The notes under the pieces were generated by a model. The model had not been told where the DNA came from and did not search any database. It saw only the letters and a program-made list of their open reading frames with translations. A DNA stretch of 20,000 bases from an uncultured virus (IMG/VR IMGVR_UViG_3300046468_002484) (taxonomy: Duplodnaviria; Heunggongvirae; Uroviricota; Caudoviricetes), in the IMG/VR virus record IMGVR_UViG_3300046468_002484; one strand, 5' to 3'. The position numbers and the translations under genes are program-made. This document shows, in pieces, positions 9,199-18,000 of this stretch; the first letter of the stretch is position 1; the number at the start of each line of letters is the position of its first letter.

Positions 9199-9747
9199 TC
9201 ATTTTCTAAAGTCATACCCAAAATACTCAATATCGTTTGCATAGTTTTTTGCTACAATTTCACGTGTTTCGTCTGTATAATACTCGGTGTAATGCTTATG
9301 TTTTGTTGGGTTGATATGCAACAGTGAATGTTCTTTTATTCCAAGAACATTTAGAATATATCTACAATCTGATTCATAATTTTCAAATTTTCCTACGAAA
9401 TCAACCATAAACTCATTTTTTTTATTTGTAATGTAACTGAGTTGATGATCTTTACTTATTTTACAAAAATCAGCAAAGTTAAGTTTAGTCTTAAATTGAT
9501 ATTCATAATATGACACTACTCGAGCCCAAGGATTTCTAACAAACGAAAATTTAAAATAGTCATCTGAATGCATTCCGTTTTTATTCAAAAAACTCACTAA
9601 TTTACTTGCCGATGTGTGCTGTTTAAGATTCCAGTTTGTCAAGTTTTTGTTACCAAAATATTCAGTCACCATTTCTCGTAAACTAGAACCGGCCGTTTTT
9701 GGTATATGAATAAACACAAACTTTGGGTCTTTGTTATGTGCTATCAT
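9199..9747 (-). CDS. Sulfotransferase family 2 (PF03567-like), paralog of 4730-5407
   Basis: FIHIPKTAGSS, FSFVRNPWARVVSYY, HQ, DFVGKFEN, HYTEYYTDETREIV...YANDIEYFGYDF. Confidence 0.92.
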   Translation of the reverse strand: MIAHNKDPKFVFIHIPKTAGSSLREMVTEYFGNKNLTNWNLKQHTSASKLVSFLNKNGMHSDDYFKFSFVRNPWARVVSYYEYQFKTKLNFADFCKISKDHQLSYITNKKNEFMVDFVGKFENYESDCRYILNVLGIKEHSLLHINPTKHKHYTEYYTDETREIVAKNYANDIEYFGYDFRK

Positions 9748-9772
9748 GTAATATAAATATAGTTGTTGTGGA

Positions 9773-10474
9773 TTATAATAAATTTGTAGTAACCATAGGA
9801 TTTTGATAATATCGTTTCAAATATTTATTAAGAACAATTCCATGATTCTGTGTAAACCAGTTGTCTAATTCATGTTTGGTATTTGTATGTAAACTTTTCT
9901 GATGAAATTGAAAATTAGTACATCCTTTCGTAATAGACGGAGATCCACGTGTTTGTATTCCCGTGGAGTTGAGGCCTCCTGATTCGTATAAGTTAAGTGA
10001 CACATTTTTATGGTGTTCAATATCTATATCACCCCACTCGTTTTTAATATTTAAAAAGTTTAAAAATCTCTGCATACTTTCTTTTGGATTCAGTACAAAG
10101 TCTTCGTAATACATTATAATTTTATCACCCATAAATGAATCATATGTGTATAGATTATCTACATATTGATTCAATCTTTTAACACGACTTTCAAAGTTTC
10201 TTCCAATACAATGACGAACAAAGCATTCTTTGTAATCTCGTAAAACTAAAACTATTTTTTCAATTTCACGTAATTTAATTTCTTCTTTAGTTAGTTCGTG
10301 TCGTTTGTACAATGTCGCAAAAGTTTTATCAGTTCTCAACTCTCCCCAATGATTTTTTTCTACTAAAATATTTCGTTCACTTGTATTTTCGTTTGAAAAA
10401 TATTCAAACCAATAACGAATCCAGTTTGAACCGCACCTCGGCAATGATAGCATACAATACTTGAATTTTTTCAC
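9773..10474 (-). CDS. Sulfotransferase-domain protein (PF00685/PF13469-like)
   Basis: SLPRCGSNWIR (5'-PSB), KRH, VLVLRDYKE (3'-PB), YEDFVLNP...FL.FL. GTG start with GTGA overlap. Confidence 0.75.
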   Translation of the reverse strand: MKKFKYCMLSLPRCGSNWIRYWFEYFSNENTSERNILVEKNHWGELRTDKTFATLYKRHELTKEEIKLREIEKIVLVLRDYKECFVRHCIGRNFESRVKRLNQYVDNLYTYDSFMGDKIIMYYEDFVLNPKESMQRFLNFLNIKNEWGDIDIEHHKNVSLNLYESGGLNSTGIQTRGSPSITKGCTNFQFHQKSLHTNTKHELDNWFTQNHGIVLNKYLKRYYQNPMVTTNLL

Positions 10475-11310
10475 AACGAATTGTCCCAGTTCTCTTCGGG
10501 TATTATAAATTTTTTAGACCCAAACCACGCACCGAATCTACCATAACTACTAGATTTACTTCCAATTACTTTTTTTGTTTTTGATAGAAGCATAAGATCG
10601 ATTAACGCACAATCGGTGGTAGAGTGGCGGATTCGGTGGCCACCTGGATATCTCTCACCTTCGGCAATTTGGTTAAAATGCTTATCTATTACCACCATCC
10701 TATCACCATATTTCATCAAAAACTTCTCTTGAGTCCATGCGTTGTCAGTTGCTAAGAAAAACCTTACTTCTTTATTTTTCTGTATCTCAGACTGAATATT
10801 TTTATCAAACCAAATATCTGGAGTTTGATCCTGTTCTTTGAAATCGGTTCTGCGAATATGCAATCCAATTGTATTTTTTATATCCAATGCTTTCTCGTAT
10901 CGTGTAATCTCTGCTTGTATACGAGAAACCGGATTTAAATATTTTTTTTGGTTGTTTACATACAACTGAAATTCTTCTTTAGACAGTGTGTATCTATTTT
11001 GAATAAATTCATCGTGAAATTTATTGTTTGGGTAGTTTATTGTAATCCACATTGTGGTTGGTTCCGGTAAATATTGAGTTTTATTTACATAAACCATGTT
11101 ATCCGGAATCTCAAAGAGATCGTGAAATCTGACATTGCCACACGCATCGTCTGAACTCCATTTCATTATATAAGGAACTTTACAATACTCAGCAAATGCA
11201 GATGTTGTAATCCATGCTCTAAGTCTGTTTGCAAGTCCACTTGATATAGAATTGTAGTACACCGATTCCAATTTTAAAGGATATTCATTTTTTTTAACGA
11301 TGTCACTCAT
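10471..11310 (-). CDS. GT-B fucosyltransferase-like enzyme (NodZ/GT23/GT11-type)
   Basis: GLANRLR, motif I IGLHIRRTD, motif II FFLATDN, motif III LIDLMLLSKT..IGS..SSYG, typical of GDP-fucose-binding transferases. Confidence 0.85.
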   Translation of the reverse strand: MSDIVKKNEYPLKLESVYYNSISSGLANRLRAWITTSAFAEYCKVPYIMKWSSDDACGNVRFHDLFEIPDNMVYVNKTQYLPEPTTMWITINYPNNKFHDEFIQNRYTLSKEEFQLYVNNQKKYLNPVSRIQAEITRYEKALDIKNTIGLHIRRTDFKEQDQTPDIWFDKNIQSEIQKNKEVRFFLATDNAWTQEKFLMKYGDRMVVIDKHFNQIAEGERYPGGHRIRHSTTDCALIDLMLLSKTKKVIGSKSSSYGRFGAWFGSKKFIIPEENWDNSL

Positions 11311-11322
11311 TTTATATAGTTA

Positions 11323-12429
11323 TTATAGATTTTCAATACCCGAGTAGGTATCATCAAATACAATCTTATTGACACCTACATTATGATATGGTTGTACAGG
11401 TAATCTACACGCCTCTGGATATGCGTCTCTTGCACAATTATAGCAGTCGACCGAATCACACTTACATTCTTCCAACCATTTATAGAAAATAAGATAATCT
11501 CTCCAATCTACTTTATCCTCTTGACCAACGCATTCCTTTTTAGTGCCAATGCACTCGTCTTCACCGGCCGAAGAACAAACAGGAGAATGTTCGGGTGCAA
11601 ACTTAAATCCAGGTAATGAGTTTTCATAATAGTAATCCTCTGCACGTTTTTTAGTTGGTTTTTTATTCCACTCGGTAAGTGAACTCCATGCGTAATAAAT
11701 CAACGAATCCTTTGAGTCAACCGAACCGTCTTCTTGAAAATCCCCACATCCGACTGTTGGTAAATGCTTTGGTTTGAATTTAAATCCGTCAGGAGCAACT
11801 TGGTTGTAATAGTCTATAGGCAACACATCCTCGGGTTTACTGCTCCAATCAATCAAAGATGTAAATGCATAGTGAATTAAAGCATCTTTTGATGACAAAA
11901 TTCCATCTTCATCGTAATCATCGTTACAACAATTTCCATCCGGACAAGTATAATTAGCCGTAACTAAATTAGGCAAATCCTTTGCACGTGGGTATGTATG
12001 ACGATTTAAGTTATACTCATCAACAGAGGATGGTTTTCCTTGTAATACAAATGAAGCAAGTATATCACGGTCTAATTCATCCACATCACCATCATCGTTC
12101 CAATCAGACGAATACTCATTATACACACTTTCAGATGTATCTTTTATTTTTACTTCAAGTGTTTCTACAGTAGGCAGTGTTTCCGCAACTGGTGCCAAAT
12201 CACGCTGCTTGTTGTATAACTCGATATCACACGGTGATCCCTGTTGAATCCAGTTTATAACTATTTGATAATCTTTTATAGTTATTTCACCGTCATTGTC
12301 GTAATCCTTTATCAGTGGATTATCAATTACAGTCTGACCGAAGTTTTCTTTTACAAACTCAGTTACTTTTATTTTCGGATTTCCATGTAGCAATCTTCGA
12401 AACTTAGACGCATTTTTTAATATACTCAT
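11323..12429 (-). CDS. Protein with five EF-hand/dockerin-like Ca2+-binding repeats
   Basis: DYDNDGEITIKD, DWNDDGDVDELD, DYDEDGILSSKD, DFQEDGSVDSKD, GQEDKVDWRD. ATG at 12429 (alternative TTG at 12456). Confidence 0.7.
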   Translation of the reverse strand: MSILKNASKFRRLLHGNPKIKVTEFVKENFGQTVIDNPLIKDYDNDGEITIKDYQIVINWIQQGSPCDIELYNKQRDLAPVAETLPTVETLEVKIKDTSESVYNEYSSDWNDDGDVDELDRDILASFVLQGKPSSVDEYNLNRHTYPRAKDLPNLVTANYTCPDGNCCNDDYDEDGILSSKDALIHYAFTSLIDWSSKPEDVLPIDYYNQVAPDGFKFKPKHLPTVGCGDFQEDGSVDSKDSLIYYAWSSLTEWNKKPTKKRAEDYYYENSLPGFKFAPEHSPVCSSAGEDECIGTKKECVGQEDKVDWRDYLIFYKWLEECKCDSVDCYNCARDAYPEACRLPVQPYHNVGVNKIVFDDTYSGIENL

Positions 12430-12458
12430 ACCACCAGTAGCAATAAATATTTCCAATG

Positions 12459-12512
12459 AAAATCTTTATTATAAAAATATTTATATTTTTTTTAAAAATC
12501 TTTATTATAAAA
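12459..12512. repeat. 18-bp direct repeat aaaatctttattataaaa (12459-12476 and 12495-12512)
   Basis: Two exact copies 36 nt apart; one intergenic, one in the last codons of the 1241-aa gene. Confidence 0.8.
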
Positions 12513-15500
12513 TATCTGAATATATGATACTTTTTGATTCAATCTACCATGTGGGTTCGGGTCTGGATCATAAGTCAACCAAACTCGGTCATCAAGATAA
12601 TCTGATTTCGTAGTTTCGTAGTAAATTTGCTTTTGTGTAAACATAAAATCAACAACTTCATCGCGATTATCTATTGCATGACTTTTTACTACATACCTTG
12701 GAATATTTTTAAATTCATCATTTACTTCTATATAATCACCAAAATCATCAGCCGATATGTTTTTAATCAATGTAGGAAAATTTTTATGATTTGAAAACAA
12801 CACAGGATCTCCTATTTCAAAATTCCGTGTATCACAATATACACGAACCCCACTCTTCACGATGACATCGGCCGAAATATCCGCATATTCATCAAAATTA
12901 TCGGTAATATTTAAATCAATGGTGAAAGCAGTAGATGTAATAATTTCGGCAATTTGAAACACACCGTTTAATGCATCAATAGACGCATTTAAAAACTCCA
13001 ATGTATCATTATTATTTGCATTTATAGGATACTGAGTAATACAAACCAGTTTGTGAAGTTTTCTTGACCAGTATGTAGTTACTATTCTAATTTGTTTTTC
13101 ATTGTCTACTGCATCTACAACAGATTTTTTTTCTACACCAGACTGATAACCAATTCGTATATAATGTTGTTGCATATTGATCGCAAAATCTTTTGGTATT
13201 TTAATGTATCCAGGACTCGTTCTAATTGTTTCAGGTTCTCCTATTTTTTCGTCTACATATATTCTATACTCGTTTTTTCCGAGTGACTCGATCAAGATAT
13301 TTTCATCTGTAACGAGATAATTCAACATAACGGTTGAGTCACCAGACTCGATCATAGAAAACTCAAATAAAGTATTCTCTTCGGTTGGAATCTCTTCGTC
13401 TGTTGGGTTATCGGTGGTTAGTAAATTTTCAAGGCACATATCCATGCTACCATAGTCGTAATTTAAGTTAAATGTGTCAGCACTTCTCAGTGTATCATAG
13501 TAATTTACAGAATGTGGTTTTACTTCGTAGCAACTTGTTTCATCCAAATAACTAATTTGCAGGGTCTTGCCGATTACATATTTGTATGTATTCTCTGAAT
13601 AGTTCATCTTGTTCAGTAAAATTAAGTTGAAACTCTCTTCATCAAGAGATAGTTTCATAACATCATGTAATGTGTTAAAGTTTTCAGTGCCGATTCTACA
13701 TTCAATACACTCTGATAGCACCAACTCAGATGGAATGTTAATTTTGTTTAGTTCAGAAAAAGACATTTGTAGATTGTCTGAAAACTGGTCCCATTGTGCC
13801 ATTAGGCTATCTTCATCATCAATTACAGATAAATATTTTTCATGAAAAACATAGTGAAATGCAAATAATTTATACCAACTATAATATGAAGATTCTACAT
13901 CTGTATTTATTACAAATGAAAATAGATTTCTGATGATATCAATAATTTCAACATTATAGTCCACCAAATCTCCAATTGTTTCATTTAAAAACTCATCTCC
14001 GTTAAATAGCACAAGTCTATCTTTTAGAAATCTAGATGCAAGTTTTATCTTAAACTGATCAAAATCTCCGAGTTTATTTCCGATATTAAGCAACGCATCT
14101 ACAAGTATCAGTATTTTGTGAAGATTAAAGTATGAAGAATCTCCGTTTATAATATTTTGTACTATATTCTCAACTAATATATTTTGATCTGAGTTATATG
14201 CCAATGAATTAGAAAACGCCAGATTTATTTCATAAACATCACACTCACCTGTATCATATAAAGTTGAAAACAATGTAGTTAGTGCATTAATTTGCGTAGA
14301 ACCCCTCGGTGACTTATATGTTAATTTATTTTGAATATTTGTTACCTGATCAATACCAGTTGATGCATTGAGTGAATCTAATGTAGGTCTACCATTGATA
14401 ATTATTTCACCAAATTTATTAGTGATAGTTGGATCATCTGACGCAGTATCTACCTTGGTATTTTTTAAGAAACTTGATGATGAGGCAGTTCCGAAAAAAT
14501 GATTATTCATAACACTTACAGCTATTGTACGATCTTTTTTATATTTTGTTCTAAGTAACAATTTGTTTGGGGTGTTCTGATTAGGTGTGAATGTGAGGTC
14601 TGCATTTAAAGTAAAATTTGGGTCAGTTATATTATCATCAGAAAATAACTCATATGTAGTTTCAAGTAATTCAAACGAAGCTCTGTCGTGTAGTGTTTTA
14701 AACTGATATGTTTCTCCTCTATACAATATAATATTATGAAGTGAATTGCCATTACATGAAAATTGCGATTCAGTAGACTCTTTTGTCTGAGCATGAAAAT
14801 CAAATTCAAATATAGTTGATATGTTTTTTGGTAAAACTGGAGGAGTTGTTGGTTTGTAGTCTCCAATCGGTTGTTTTTTAATAATATTCTCAACAAACAA
14901 ACTGTCTTTTTGTATATTTGTTATTAACCGTGATTGCATCTCAGTTTCGTCATCTGATGTAATAAATTTATTAGTATCCTCAGGAACTGGAAGTGTTGGT
15001 TCAAATCTAAGATCAATCCATGCATCTGATTCATCAAATAAAACTTCCCCACCTATTTGATACTTTTCATAATTACTTTTAATATACGAAATACCATATC
15101 CGTCTTTTGGTTTTATATCAACATCAATTAAGGATTTTCTATGAATAGGATATGTAAACGTTCCTTGATTACTTTGAACGAAGTCTTGATGCTCTCCCGA
15201 GAGTTTAACGACCCCTCCATCGTTCATATTCAATCGTAACTGACCAAGTTCAGTAATTCCTACTTTTGGTTTTTTTCTAAAAATAGGATGAACTTCTTGT
15301 TCTTTATTAACTTTGATATAATGGTGAACTGAACTTTTGTGCATAGAAAAGTTTGTAGAATTGATAACCTCAACTACTTCATATTCATCAGAGTTTGGTG
15401 TGCATATCAATTCAACATCAGTTTCATCACTAAAATGAAAAGTTTTTGTTTCAGTTATCAGGTGTTCGTTGTCGTTCTCAATTAATAACAATTTACCCGT

Positions 15501-16217
15501 ATTATCGTCTACTATAATTTTTATACAAATATTTGATGTGTTATCTGTAAATGATTTAACCACATCTTCAATTGCATAGTCTGGTGCCTTGGTATCAGTC
15601 AACTCCGTGGAAAAGTCTTCTATATTAGAATTTGCTCGCTGTATAGTTTGAGTAGTTTCTATAAATTCACTTAGTTCAAATCTAAGGTCAATCCATGCAT
15701 CTGATTCATCAAATAAAACTTCCCCACCTATTTGATACTTTTCATAATTACTTTTAATATACGAAATACCATATCCGTCTTTTGGTTTTATATCAACATC
15801 AATTAAGGATTTTCTATGAATAGGATATGTAAACGTTCCTTGATTACTTTGAACGAAGTCTTGATGCTCTCCCGAGAGTTTAACGACCCCTCCATCGTTC
15901 ATATTCAATCGTAACTGACCAAGTTCAGTAATTCCTACTTTTGGTTTTTTTCTAAAAATAGGATGAACTTCTTGTTCTTTATTAACTTTGATATAATGGT
16001 GAACTGAACTTTTGTGCATAGAAAAGTTTGTAGAATTGATAACCTCAACTACTTCATATTCATCAGAGTTTGGTGTGCATATCAATTCAACATCAGTTTC
16101 ATCACTAAAATAAAAAGTTTTTGTTTCAGTTATCAGGTGTTCGTTGTCGTTCTCAATTAATAACAACTCTCCAAATGAAGAATCTACATTACATAGTATT
16201 GTAATTTGATACATCAT
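12492..16217 (-). CDS. Large modular putative virion/surface protein with duplicated InlB-B/Flg_new-like modules
   Basis: About 1241 aa. Duplicated 164-aa N-terminal block with VELICTP..Y and IDVDIKPKDGY motifs; IILYRGETYQF motif; TNKFG...GID...INALTTL segment; beta-rich C-terminus. ATG at 16217 overlaps the upstream TGA. Confidence 0.7.
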   Translation of the reverse strand: MMYQITILCNVDSSFGELLLIENDNEHLITETKTFYFSDETDVELICTPNSDEYEVVEVINSTNFSMHKSSVHHYIKVNKEQEVHPIFRKKPKVGITELGQLRLNMNDGGVVKLSGEHQDFVQSNQGTFTYPIHRKSLIDVDIKPKDGYGISYIKSNYEKYQIGGEVLFDESDAWIDLRFELSEFIETTQTIQRANSNIEDFSTELTDTKAPDYAIEDVVKSFTDNTSNICIKIIVDDNTGKLLLIENDNEHLITETKTFHFSDETDVELICTPNSDEYEVVEVINSTNFSMHKSSVHHYIKVNKEQEVHPIFRKKPKVGITELGQLRLNMNDGGVVKLSGEHQDFVQSNQGTFTYPIHRKSLIDVDIKPKDGYGISYIKSNYEKYQIGGEVLFDESDAWIDLRFEPTLPVPEDTNKFITSDDETEMQSRLITNIQKDSLFVENIIKKQPIGDYKPTTPPVLPKNISTIFEFDFHAQTKESTESQFSCNGNSLHNIILYRGETYQFKTLHDRASFELLETTYELFSDDNITDPNFTLNADLTFTPNQNTPNKLLLRTKYKKDRTIAVSVMNNHFFGTASSSSFLKNTKVDTASDDPTITNKFGEIIINGRPTLDSLNASTGIDQVTNIQNKLTYKSPRGSTQINALTTLFSTLYDTGECDVYEINLAFSNSLAYNSDQNILVENIVQNIINGDSSYFNLHKILILVDALLNIGNKLGDFDQFKIKLASRFLKDRLVLFNGDEFLNETIGDLVDYNVEIIDIIRNLFSFVINTDVESSYYSWYKLFAFHYVFHEKYLSVIDDEDSLMAQWDQFSDNLQMSFSELNKINIPSELVLSECIECRIGTENFNTLHDVMKLSLDEESFNLILLNKMNYSENTYKYVIGKTLQISYLDETSCYEVKPHSVNYYDTLRSADTFNLNYDYGSMDMCLENLLTTDNPTDEEIPTEENTLFEFSMIESGDSTVMLNYLVTDENILIESLGKNEYRIYVDEKIGEPETIRTSPGYIKIPKDFAINMQQHYIRIGYQSGVEKKSVVDAVDNEKQIRIVTTYWSRKLHKLVCITQYPINANNNDTLEFLNASIDALNGVFQIAEIITSTAFTIDLNITDNFDEYADISADVIVKSGVRVYCDTRNFEIGDPVLFSNHKNFPTLIKNISADDFGDYIEVNDEFKNIPRYVVKSHAIDNRDEVVDFMFTQKQIYYETTKSDYLDDRVWLTYDPDPNPHGRLNQKVSYIQIFYNKDF
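14999..15491. repeat. Copy A of a 493-bp intragenic direct repeat
   Basis: Identical to 15674-16166 (offset 675 nt, in frame) except 15012 a/15687 g and 15437 g/16112 a. Confidence 0.97.
15674..16166. repeat. Copy B of a 493-bp intragenic direct repeat
   Basis: Base-by-base comparison with 14999-15491 shows 2 mismatches. Confidence 0.97.
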
Positions 16218-17986
16218 CAAAACAATCCAGTGAGTAATTGATGTTTAAATTCAATGTACTCTATATTATATACGGGAAGTGTAGGTTCACCTGGATGAGT
16301 TGTCCAACTTGCACCAACACCTGTAGTAACCCAATATTTATATTCATCTACACTTTGAAAACTAGGTGACACCATAAAGTTACTAGTATTTAGCAGAAAC
16401 GAAGGAATGTCAATCGCAATGTATTTATTTACCAATCCAGAAAATGTACCATCAATTATAAATGTACTATTATTCGTTTTTTCTGTTATTGTGTAAAACT
16501 TACCACCACCCATAATCGGCAGAACCACACGTGTACCTATTCCTATTTTCCAAGACGGATGTGAACTTGCAACTTTTATTTGCGTACCTTGTTCATATAT
16601 CAAAAGACCATTGGTGGGGCCTGAACTTATTTTGCTTTTATTTTCGTCAGTTAATATCCAGTATTCTCCCACCTTTTGTAAATGGTAGTCAATTTCATTT
16701 ATGCCAACTTTTTCAGGTACTGCAAAGTTACTTAGTAAATCTTCATCGGAGTCAAATTCTACCACCCAACCAATAGTCTCTAGTCTACCAGAACTAATCG
16801 TGGCCACGAAACTTCTAATTTCAGAACTAGTTATTTTATTTACTATCATATTTTCAGCCTGATTATGATTAGCACCTATCACAATGTTTTCAGTCATATT
16901 CTCACTTTCATCACCGAGCAAGGCAACCCAATCAACTTTTCCGGTCTCAGTTCCGTTTTTTAATTTCTCACTTACATACACACGAACACGACCACTTCCG
17001 AGATCAAGAATTGGTTTATTTAAAATTGAAAACGAGTTGGGACCAAGCAACCAGGTTGGGTCGTTGGATACACCACCGGTCTTATTTTCACGAATTCCAA
17101 ATGAAAATGAATATTCTGATGTAATTGCCCCACTCTCGGTTGGGGTTGGTGTGTTATAAATTCCACTATCCACCACGGCTATATTATTTGCCTCGGCATC
17201 GACAACATTTATGTTATGCTCTTCTACTACATTTTCAGAATCAACTTTTACTACAAATGGTACAAACGAACTAAACTTTATTTTAACATAAATTTCTTGT
17301 TGAGGTTGTATAGGGTCTGATAATTTTAGTTTATTGAGATCAATAATTGTAGCATTTATTTCGGCAAAATTTTCAATTAAAATTGTGTCTTCTTCAGGCT
17401 CTCCTTCACTAATAAGTTGAAATACTGTATGAGGTGACAGCAATAAATTAGACGAAAGTGATGTTACAACTTTATTAAATATCTGATGTACTTCCTCACC
17501 AGACGATTGCTTGTTACCTTGATTGGTCACAACTATGTCAAATGTACGTTCATCGTATTCAAGTTGTTTTTCAACTCTAACTACCAAATCTACATATAAT
17601 TCAGGAGTAATAGTAGGTGATGATGGGATTGGTTGACAATTATTAGTCAATAATCCAGATGGTTGTACATCTTCATGTGTATAAACAAAATTTGGAATAT
17701 CAATATACTGCGGTGATTCCGAAGTATTTTTTTTCATTATTATTTTGTAGGAATATCCGCATCTTAATTCTGTAAAATCTTGATAATTTGGAATATTATC
17801 AAAAAAAGAAGGAACCGTTGCATCAAATCTAATATAATTTTTATGATCTGATGTTGTTTGCCAGACTTTCCATATTTTATCTCGTGTGTCGGAATCCTTT
17901 AGTGAAAAACTCTCGCAATCATCACACAGACCATACCAACCCATGTATATCACTATCTGTGTGGAATTTTGATGTAACCTTGTCAT
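16217..17986 (-). CDS. Modular putative structural protein with a CARDB-like Ig domain
   Basis: 589 aa. Unassigned Cys/Trp-containing N-terminal domain, PSSPTITP linker, CARDB-like DLVV...VTNQGNKQS...VDSENVVEE.N..NN, TPTPT linker, beta-rich C-terminus. Confidence 0.65.
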   Translation of the reverse strand: MTRLHQNSTQIVIYMGWYGLCDDCESFSLKDSDTRDKIWKVWQTTSDHKNYIRFDATVPSFFDNIPNYQDFTELRCGYSYKIIMKKNTSESPQYIDIPNFVYTHEDVQPSGLLTNNCQPIPSSPTITPELYVDLVVRVEKQLEYDERTFDIVVTNQGNKQSSGEEVHQIFNKVVTSLSSNLLLSPHTVFQLISEGEPEEDTILIENFAEINATIIDLNKLKLSDPIQPQQEIYVKIKFSSFVPFVVKVDSENVVEEHNINVVDAEANNIAVVDSGIYNTPTPTESGAITSEYSFSFGIRENKTGGVSNDPTWLLGPNSFSILNKPILDLGSGRVRVYVSEKLKNGTETGKVDWVALLGDESENMTENIVIGANHNQAENMIVNKITSSEIRSFVATISSGRLETIGWVVEFDSDEDLLSNFAVPEKVGINEIDYHLQKVGEYWILTDENKSKISSGPTNGLLIYEQGTQIKVASSHPSWKIGIGTRVVLPIMGGGKFYTITEKTNNSTFIIDGTFSGLVNKYIAIDIPSFLLNTSNFMVSPSFQSVDEYKYWVTTGVGASWTTHPGEPTLPVYNIEYIEFKHQLLTGLF

Positions 17987-18000
17987 TTTAAAAGTTTTTG

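Noticed and set aside
4169..9760. Plus-strand TATAAATA copies as T4-type late promoters
   Set aside because: They point away from the minus-strand genes and no plus-strand gene follows. Kept only as a reverse-orientation motif.
11323..12429. Cellulosomal dockerin enzyme
   Set aside because: No catalytic CAZyme domain, no signal peptide, no cohesin seen, and repeat spacing differs from paired dockerin segments.
14999..16166. Repeat pair as a diversity-generating retroelement TR/VR
   Set aside because: Only 2 mismatches, in opposite directions (a/g and g/a). Both copies are in frame in one ORF, and there is no reverse transcriptase in the window.
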